In this document: in pieces, positions 57,307 through 64,000 of the stretch
Layout: every line of letters starts with the position of its first letter
Numbering within the stretch: the stretch's first letter is position 1
Virus record (IMG/VR): IMGVR_UViG_3300027734_000038
Strand: one strand, 5' to 3'
Source of the DNA: a virus
Length of the DNA: 64,000 bases
Position numbers and translations under genes: made by a program
The notes under the pieces: generated by a model
What the model saw: the letters and a program-made list of their open reading frames with translations, nothing else
What the model was told of the DNA's origin: nothing
The model's database searches: none

Positions 57307-58397
57307 TGGCTAATATATTTTACAATCGTGCATTAAGAAAGTATGTGGTAGGTTTTGGTAACCTATTCAACGACATTACTTTGGTGCGATATAATCCAGA
57401 CTATTCTGAAGCACAACGTATGATTGTGCCAATTGTGTATGCACCAAAAGAAGATTATGTTACTCGTTTAGAAACTGATCCACTTTTAAATAAGAAAACA
57501 CAGATTACATTACCAAGAATGTCATTTGAATTACTTGGTTTTAATTATGATTCTAGTCGTAAACAAAATACTAATGTCAAACAGTTTGCACAGACATCTG
57601 CAGGATTAATTTCACAATACAATCCAGTACCATATAATTTTGATTTCAATCTATATCTGTATGTAAGAAACATTGAAGATGGTACACAAATTATTGAACA
57701 CATTCTTTCTTACTTTACACCAGACTATACAATGAAACTAAATATGATACCTGAAATGGGTATCGTTAAAGAAGTTCCTGTTGTATTAAATTCAACATCA
57801 CAAGATATTGATTATGAAGGTGGTTATGAAAGAGATACTCGTGTTATTATTTGGACATTAACTTTTACAGTTAAAGGCCACATCTATGGTAAGATATCTG
57901 AGGCAGGCGGACCAATTACTCATTCAATTACATCTATCTATAATAAAATTACTGAAGATGATGTAATACAATTTACAATGAATTCAAGTTCAGGTGTAGG
58001 TACCTATCAGATTGGTGAAACAGTCTATCAAGGTTACTCTGCACCTTTAGCAATTGCAACAGGTAAAGTAGTTTCATTTAATAATAATCTATTACAATTA
58101 AAAAATATTAACGGTAACTTTGTTTCTAATTTACCTATTCAGTCAACTAGTTCTAGTACCAATTATACATTTACATCATTTAATCCTGTGGCACAGAAGT
58201 TGGTTCAGATAGATACGACACCAATGCCAACTGATGCAAATGTAAATACACCATACATTGTAACTACAGAAATATCAGAAGCGCCATTTATTGAAGAAGG
58301 ATTATTGTTGCCAGAGAACTTTGCTGGTGATGCATTAGACCAAGTTGGTCGAGATGACCTACATATAGAACAAGAAAATCCAACAGATTTAGAATAA
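57306..58397 (+). CDS. gp15: Tail sheath stabiliser/completion protein gp15 with C-terminal extension
   Basis: FG.LFN.I; VP..YAPK; LPRMSFE; PVPYN..F.L; QI.E.IL.YF.P; DYEG....R..IWTL.F. Confidence 0.93.
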   Translation: MANIFYNRALRKYVVGFGNLFNDITLVRYNPDYSEAQRMIVPIVYAPKEDYVTRLETDPLLNKKTQITLPRMSFELLGFNYDSSRKQNTNVKQFAQTSAGLISQYNPVPYNFDFNLYLYVRNIEDGTQIIEHILSYFTPDYTMKLNMIPEMGIVKEVPVVLNSTSQDIDYEGGYERDTRVIIWTLTFTVKGHIYGKISEAGGPITHSITSIYNKITEDDVIQFTMNSSSGVGTYQIGETVYQGYSAPLAIATGKVVSFNNNLLQLKNINGNFVSNLPIQSTSSSTNYTFTSFNPVAQKLVQIDTTPMPTDANVNTPYIVTTEISEAPFIEEGLLLPENFAGDALDQVGRDDLHIEQENPTDLE

Positions 58398-58408
58398 AGG
58401 TAATTAAA

Positions 58409-59302
58409 ATGTCCCGCACATTACAATTCAGACGATATAATTCTGCAACCGTAGCCAATACAATAGGTGCTAACGGTGAATTAATTATCAACTCAACAAA
58501 TCAAACAATCACGGTACACGATGGTGTAACGCCTGGTGGATATGCAACATTAAATTCTGTAACAGATAATAACATCGACCAATATGCTCGAACAACTGCC
58601 AATTCAGCAACTAGTTTGGCACAATCATCATACAATTATGCTAATACAATTGGTTCAAGTTCAATTGATTCGTATGCTCGCACAACTGCCAATACAGCAA
58701 CTAATAATATTACTATTATGACTGGTGTTAATGATACTCAAAATACCAGAATTAATAGTATCGAAACAATTAACACCAACCAAAATAATAGTATTACAAT
58801 TATACAAGGTGTAGATACAACACAAAACACCAGACTTAATAGTATTGAAACAATTGATATTAATCAAAATAATAGTATTACAATTATACAAGGTGTAGAT
58901 ACAACACAAAATACTAGACTTAATAGTATTGAAACAATTAATAACAGCCAAAATACTTCTATTAATGCAGCTGCTCAAACTGTTCCACAAAATGCACAGT
59001 CAACAAATTATGTTTTACAGTTAACTGATGCTGGTAAACACATTTACTATACACAAGCATCTAATACAATACTATACATTCCTACAACATCAAATGTGGC
59101 ATTTTCAAATGGTTCAACCATTATGATTGTTTCAAGAACATCATCAAGTGCAAACATAACTGTATCGCCAAATACTGGTGTAACAATGTATTTTGCTGGT
59201 AATACAACAAGTGCTTCTAGAAATGTTACTACATATGGTATGGCTTCATTAATTCAAGTTGCATCAAACACATGGTTTATTAACGGTACTGGAGTTTCGT
59301 AA
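58409..59302 (+). CDS. Fibre protein (Mtd-N-like start, coiled-coil repeats)
   Basis: LQFRR...GA.GELII......VHDG.T.GG; C-terminal Y.L.LTDAGKHI...F.NG. Confidence 0.7.
   Translation: MSRTLQFRRYNSATVANTIGANGELIINSTNQTITVHDGVTPGGYATLNSVTDNNIDQYARTTANSATSLAQSSYNYANTIGSSSIDSYARTTANTATNNITIMTGVNDTQNTRINSIETINTNQNNSITIIQGVDTTQNTRLNSIETIDINQNNSITIIQGVDTTQNTRLNSIETINNSQNTSINAAAQTVPQNAQSTNYVLQLTDAGKHIYYTQASNTILYIPTTSNVAFSNGSTIMIVSRTSSSANITVSPNTGVTMYFAGNTTSASRNVTTYGMASLIQVASNTWFINGTGVS
58739..58956 (+). repeat. Coding tandem repeat, 84-bp unit, about 2.5 copies
   Basis: QNTRxNSIETIxxNQNNSITIIQGVDTT repeated. Confidence 0.85.
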
Positions 59303-60009
59303 TGAGTGGTATGATGGCTATAATGGCCAGTAATGTTCAACGACAAACTACTGTTGCAGCTGCTTCAGCAACATTGGTTTATGATTTGGATGCAGCAAAT
59401 TTTTCTGCTGTGCCAACTAGTGGTGTATCAAAAGATGCAACCGGAACTTACACCTTAACATCAAATGCTGGTACTTCTCTTACTTGGAATAGTGCCAACG
59501 GTGGAACATTTGCCAAGTCAAACTCTACAGGAACAGATTACATCTATGGCGGTCCAAGTTATGTTACTGCACAAAGTTATACTGTATTCATGGCATATAA
59601 ATTATCTGCAACATCAGCAGGTAGATTGTTAAACACTCAAAATGAAGGTGTTAAAGATTGGTTGATGGGTGCTTATAATGGTAATCCAAATACTTTTTAT
59701 CCAAACTTTTCTGTAAACTTACCATCATCTGGAGCTGATACTGTTTGGCATTTAGACTTTGCTACTTGGAATACTTCTACCAACGTTGGTAATTTATACG
59801 CATCAACAAGCACTGCACCATCAGCAGTATCATTCACAGCAACTAATGCTGGTGGCGGTGGTTTTAATCAACTAAGATTGTTTAGTCGTTCAGCTGGTAC
59901 AGAAGTTCAATCAGGAAATATAGCGTTTGTAAAAGTATATAATGGTGTATTGTCTTTGGCAGATATACAATCTTTACACGCAACATATAAGGCAAGATTT
60001 GGATATTAA
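59302..60009 (+). CDS. ConA-like lectin/LamG-type domain protein
   Basis: LVYDLDAAN...; G.IA.VKVYN.VLS..DI...K.RFG. Coupled to the upstream fibre by TAATG. Confidence 0.6.
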   Translation: MSGMMAIMASNVQRQTTVAAASATLVYDLDAANFSAVPTSGVSKDATGTYTLTSNAGTSLTWNSANGGTFAKSNSTGTDYIYGGPSYVTAQSYTVFMAYKLSATSAGRLLNTQNEGVKDWLMGAYNGNPNTFYPNFSVNLPSSGADTVWHLDFATWNTSTNVGNLYASTSTAPSAVSFTATNAGGGGFNQLRLFSRSAGTEVQSGNIAFVKVYNGVLSLADIQSLHATYKARFGY

Positions 60010-60012
60010 ACT

Positions 60013-60429
60013 ATGAATGATTTGAATAAAACTTTATCTGATGTTTTTGATATTGCACCAATACCAGAAGAAAAGAAAGAAAAACTTCCTACGGTGTCGG
60101 TCAAGTATAATGAGCCTGATTTAAAACAAGACCTCACAGACGCCTATCAACAATCAAAAGAAAATCTACAAGGTATTATTGACCAAGGACAAGAAGCCAT
60201 GGAAGAAATACTCAACATTGCCAAAGCAGGCCAACATCCACGAGCATTTGAAGTCTATGGTGGTCTACTAAAAAATATGGTAGATGCCAATAAAGAACTT
60301 TTATCTATTCAAAAACAAATGCGTGAGATGGATGAAGAAAAGAAAAAGAATGCTGGCACAAATATTGATAAGGCCATTTTTGTAGGTAGCACAGCAGAAC
60401 TCAATAAACTTCTCAAAGGAAAAGAATGA
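60013..60429 (+). CDS. gp16: Terminase small subunit gp16
   Basis: HPRAFEV...L.K...D....L..Q; FVGSTAEL.KLLK. Confidence 0.9.
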   Translation: MNDLNKTLSDVFDIAPIPEEKKEKLPTVSVKYNEPDLKQDLTDAYQQSKENLQGIIDQGQEAMEEILNIAKAGQHPRAFEVYGGLLKNMVDANKELLSIQKQMREMDEEKKKNAGTNIDKAIFVGSTAELNKLLKGKE

Positions 60430-61148
60430 AACTTTGGGTGAATGTTTGTTTTTATTATGTAGAAGAACGATTAGAGCAGTTTAGAAAAGTAATAAAAACA
60501 TTATCTGAAATACCAAACATCAAACTCATTATTAACAGTAATGTTAATTTTGATTCTACTTTGCCTATTCATGTATCAGAACTAGGCGACCCATTCTGGC
60601 ACACATGGGAACATAAGAAGTATATGCCAAAATTTTTAGAATCGGACTACACACACTTTGCATACTTGGAAGGTAATATTCAAGTTGAAAAGAAAACATT
60701 TCTTTACTGGAACCAAACTAGGAGTTTATTTTTAAAGAATAATTTAAACTTTATACCTGCCGTTCACCGTGTTCAAAGAGATACAGAAGGTCAAGTGTAT
60801 TCTTTAGATTGCACACATCTACAAAGGCATCGACCAACAATTACAGTAGAAGAACAGAAGTTTATTTCTTTATCTGAACCATATCAAGGTATGTTTATTA
60901 TGGATAAAGAATTGGTCAAAGAACATATTGAATCGGATTACTATAAGTTTGGCCAAAAAGGATCATGGGGTATTCGTGAGTCAGCCAATCTAGGCAATAT
61001 GTTTGTGAACATACCTCCAGGTTATGGACATAGATATATGTTACCACTAAATAATTTCTCCGACACATGGGTTACACATTTTGGTACTGATTACCATGGT
61101 GATAAAAATTCACCTCACGCCAAGATAAAAATTCAGGATTTGTTTTAA
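60426..61148 (+). CDS. Hypothetical protein, possibly GT-A-like
   Basis: 240-aa ORF overlapping both neighbours. TWEHK...YTHFAYLEGNI and PYQGMF are weakly GT-like. Confidence 0.45.
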   Translation: MKLWVNVCFYYVEERLEQFRKVIKTLSEIPNIKLIINSNVNFDSTLPIHVSELGDPFWHTWEHKKYMPKFLESDYTHFAYLEGNIQVEKKTFLYWNQTRSLFLKNNLNFIPAVHRVQRDTEGQVYSLDCTHLQRHRPTITVEEQKFISLSEPYQGMFIMDKELVKEHIESDYYKFGQKGSWGIRESANLGNMFVNIPPGYGHRYMLPLNNFSDTWVTHFGTDYHGDKNSPHAKIKIQDLF

Positions 61149-62827
61149 TGAACCAAAAAGACTCTTACCGTGATAACCCCCTACTTAAAAAGGTAGGTGT
61201 TGACCATCAGTATACCAAAGAACAGATTGAAGAATATGTAAAGTGTTCTAAGGATCCTGTTTACTTTTGTATGAACTACATTAAGATTGTAAACGTGGAT
61301 GAAGGCCTCATTAACTTTAATATGTGGGACTTTCAGAAAGAAATGCTTAATCTATTCAAAGATAATCGTTTCGTTATTACCAAATGTCCTCGTCAGGTGG
61401 GTAAAACTACTACAACAGTTAGCTATCTTCTTTGGGCAACTATTTTTACCGATTCTCAAAACGTAGCCGTTCTGGCAAACAAAGGTTCACTTGCAAGAGA
61501 TATTCTATCCAAGTATCAACTGGCATATGAGAATTTACCACAATGGCTCCAACAAGGTGTGGTGACATGGAACAAGGGTAATGTAGAACTAGAGAACGGG
61601 TCTAAGGTAATCGCTGCCTCGACTTCCTCCTCTGCAATCCGAGGTGGTTCTTTTAACATTGTATTCTTAGACGAATTTGCTTTCGTGCCAAACAATATTG
61701 CCAATGAGTTCTTTAACTCAGTCTATCCTGTAATCTCCTCTGGTAAGTCCTCAAAGATTATTATTGTTTCTACACCAAATGGTATGAATCTATTCTATAA
61801 ACTATGGATGGATTCAATAGAGAAACGAAATAACTATAAAAACTTTGAAATTCATTGGTCTATGGTACCGGGTCGTGATGATGTATGGAAAGAAGAAACT
61901 ATCCGTAATACATCAGAACGACAATTTGCACAAGAGTTTGAAACGGAGTTCTTAGGTTCTTCCAACACCTTGATTTCTGGTTACAAGTTACAACAATTGA
62001 GGTACATGAACCCAATTGCAGAACATGATAAGATGAAGATATATGAACATCCTATCAAAGAAGGACAGAATGATGAAAAGTCTGACCACTTATATGCAAT
62101 GACGGTTGATGTATCTGAAGGTAAAAATTTAGACAGTTCTACATTCTCAATATTTGATATATCTACCACACCATACAGGCAAGTGGCTACATATTCTAGT
62201 TCATCAATATCACCTATATTATTCCCAACGGTAATTGTCAATGCGGCTAGAGTATATAATGATGCCTATATTTTGATTGAAATCAATAACAATCCACAAG
62301 TGGCAGACTTTATTCATTCAGATTTAGAATATGAGAATCTATTGAAAGTCTTTACTGGCAATAAAAAACCACAACAGTTGTCTGCTGGTTTTGCCAGAGG
62401 TGTTCAAATGGGACTGAAAATGTCTCCTCAGGTCAAAGCGGTGGGTTGTTCTAACCTTAAAACTTTGATTGAAGGTGATAAGTTATTAATTAATGACTTT
62501 GACACTTACTCAGAGTTAACCACTTTTGAACAACATAAAACCTCATTTGCCGCTGCGGAAGGTGCAAATGATGATATGGCGATGACTTTGGTCATCTTTG
62601 CATGGGCAACAACACAGGCCTACTTCAGAGAAATTGTCAACCATGATTTGAGAAAACAGATTCAGTTGGAAAACATGAATCAAATAGATGAAGATGTTTT
62701 ACCCGAACCTATCATAGAAGATGGTTTACAACATGATTTTATGGTAGAAGGCGGTGATGTATGGGAAGTTGCTGGTGGAGGTGATACATATGCATCATAT
62801 CACCATAGTTTCTTTAAGGACTTGTAA
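61148..62827 (+). CDS. gp17: Terminase large subunit gp17
   Basis: PRQVGKTT (Walker A), FLDEFAF (Walker B), STPNGMN, DVSEG...D.S, DD.AM.L. Confidence 0.97.
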   Translation: MNQKDSYRDNPLLKKVGVDHQYTKEQIEEYVKCSKDPVYFCMNYIKIVNVDEGLINFNMWDFQKEMLNLFKDNRFVITKCPRQVGKTTTTVSYLLWATIFTDSQNVAVLANKGSLARDILSKYQLAYENLPQWLQQGVVTWNKGNVELENGSKVIAASTSSSAIRGGSFNIVFLDEFAFVPNNIANEFFNSVYPVISSGKSSKIIIVSTPNGMNLFYKLWMDSIEKRNNYKNFEIHWSMVPGRDDVWKEETIRNTSERQFAQEFETEFLGSSNTLISGYKLQQLRYMNPIAEHDKMKIYEHPIKEGQNDEKSDHLYAMTVDVSEGKNLDSSTFSIFDISTTPYRQVATYSSSSISPILFPTVIVNAARVYNDAYILIEINNNPQVADFIHSDLEYENLLKVFTGNKKPQQLSAGFARGVQMGLKMSPQVKAVGCSNLKTLIEGDKLLINDFDTYSELTTFEQHKTSFAAAEGANDDMAMTLVIFAWATTQAYFREIVNHDLRKQIQLENMNQIDEDVLPEPIIEDGLQHDFMVEGGDVWEVAGGGDTYASYHHSFFKDL

Positions 62828-62839
62828 ATCCTATGAATC

Positions 62840-62846
62840 ATAAATA
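62840..62846 (+). promoter_or_regulatory. Late promoter candidate (ATAAATA) for gp18
   Basis: Intergenic, upstream of the AAGGAGA RBS. Confidence 0.55.
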
Positions 62847-62898
62847 TCAATATGGTATTTTAACTGCCAAGAACACATAATAATTCAAGGAGAATAAA

Positions 62899-64000
62899 AT
62901 GGCGTTTCAAATCTCTCCAGGCGTAAATGTTTCCGAGGTCGACTTAACAACAGTCGTCCCATCGGTACTAACTACGGCCGGTGCTTTTGCTGGAACCTTT
63001 GCGTGGGGTCCTGCAAATCAAGTAATTCTAGTAGACAATGAGCTAACTTTCAAACAAATATTTGGTAGTCCAAATGCAAATTCGTTTGTGTCTTATTTTA
63101 CTGCTGCCAGTTTTTTAGCTTATGGTAATAATTTAAGTGTTGTTCGTGCTATCAATGGTAGTTCAAATAATGCCGTTGCCAACACATCAACTGTAAATTC
63201 CACACAAATTGCAAACGAAGAACAATACGAAAATACTATTTTAAACGTCGATAAAAATAACCTTTACGGTGCTTTTATGGCTCGTTATCCTGGTTCTTTA
63301 GGTAATTCTTTATCAGTTTCTATATGCGCCAACACTACTTTGTTTACCTCTTGGTCATATAAATCATATTTCACATCTGCTCCCGGCACTTCAGAATACG
63401 CAACAGATGTAGGTGGTTCAAACGATGAAGTTCACATTGTTGTTATTGATGCAGGCGGCAAATTTACAGGCACTCAAGGAACAGTTTTAGAAGTTTATCC
63501 ATTTGTATCCAAAGCATATGATGCATCTTTAAATGGTCAAACAAATTATTACAAACAAGTTTTGTTTAATAATTCACAATATGTTTATGCTGTAGATCCT
63601 CCAAGTTATTCTACCACAAAAAATAACTGGTTTACATCAGCAGCAAATACAACCTATGTTAGTTTGACAACTAATCAGACTTTACCTTTAAGTTATGGTA
63701 ATGAATCGACTGTAACAAACGGAAATTTACAAACATCTTACGATTTGTTTGCCAATAAAGAATTGATTGATATTTCATTAGTTCTAACTGGTGATGCTAA
63801 TACAGTTGTTCAACAATATGTAATTGATAACATTGTCAACTCTCGTAAAGATTGTGTGGCATTTATTTCACCTCCATACAATGCATTGGATAATTCTGTT
63901 GCAGCTAATCAAATTACTGGTGTTCAAAACTGGTTAACAAGTTTGGCTCGTTCAAGTTCATATGTGGTTGCCGACTCTGGTTGGAAATATATGTATGACA
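62899..64000 (+). CDS. gp18: Tail sheath protein gp18, 3' truncated
   Basis: MAFQISPGVNVSEVDLT...F.WGP; ARYPGSLGN; RKDCVAFISP; DSGWKYMYD. Absent from the ORF track because there is no stop in the window. Confidence 0.95.
   Translation, partial: MAFQISPGVNVSEVDLTTVVPSVLTTAGAFAGTFAWGPANQVILVDNELTFKQIFGSPNANSFVSYFTAASFLAYGNNLSVVRAINGSSNNAVANTSTVNSTQIANEEQYENTILNVDKNNLYGAFMARYPGSLGNSLSVSICANTTLFTSWSYKSYFTSAPGTSEYATDVGGSNDEVHIVVIDAGGKFTGTQGTVLEVYPFVSKAYDASLNGQTNYYKQVLFNNSQYVYAVDPPSYSTTKNNWFTSAANTTYVSLTTNQTLPLSYGNESTVTNGNLQTSYDLFANKELIDISLVLTGDANTVVQQYVIDNIVNSRKDCVAFISPPYNALDNSVAANQITGVQNWLTSLARSSSYVVADSGWKYMYD

Noticed and set aside
58739-58956. CRISPR-like array
   Set aside because: In-frame tandem coding repeat without unique spacers. 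No CRISPR array, tRNA or rRNA was recognised anywhere in the window.
61148-62827. Intein or intron in gp17
   Set aside because: Normal length with contiguous motifs.

Overview
AT-rich segment of a large T4-like myovirus genome, covering the late/virion module. Essentially all genes are on the + strand. Gene order: gp48 (5' truncated), gp53, hub, split gp5, gp25, gp6, gp7, fibre, gp8, a 2087-aa DUF4815/VrlC-like protein, a ~34 kb fibre/appendage region (21030-55563), gp13, gp14, gp15, a fibre plus lectin-like pair, gp16, an ORF, gp17 and gp18 (3' truncated). The fibre region holds ~50 mostly small genes, a 2OG-Fe(II) oxygenase, a GT4 glycosyltransferase and a GIY-YIG endonuclease. It is not a random collection. 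Recurring N-terminal peptides ('plugs') and recurring internal or C-terminal domains ('sockets') match in number and in gene order. Each of five 'GPIT...W' hub genes is followed by exactly three tip genes. Five gp10-like domains match five 'ISGATG' N-termini. I infer a hierarchically branched, multi-adhesin fibre tree with ~22 different tips, whose cassettes may be exchanged at short, near-identical DNA boxes. Other points: a duplicated ~75-bp intergenic element, a gp5 spike ending in an HxH motif, A/S-N motif enrichment in virion proteins, and several RBS hairpins. All family assignments come from motif recognition by eye, with no database searches.
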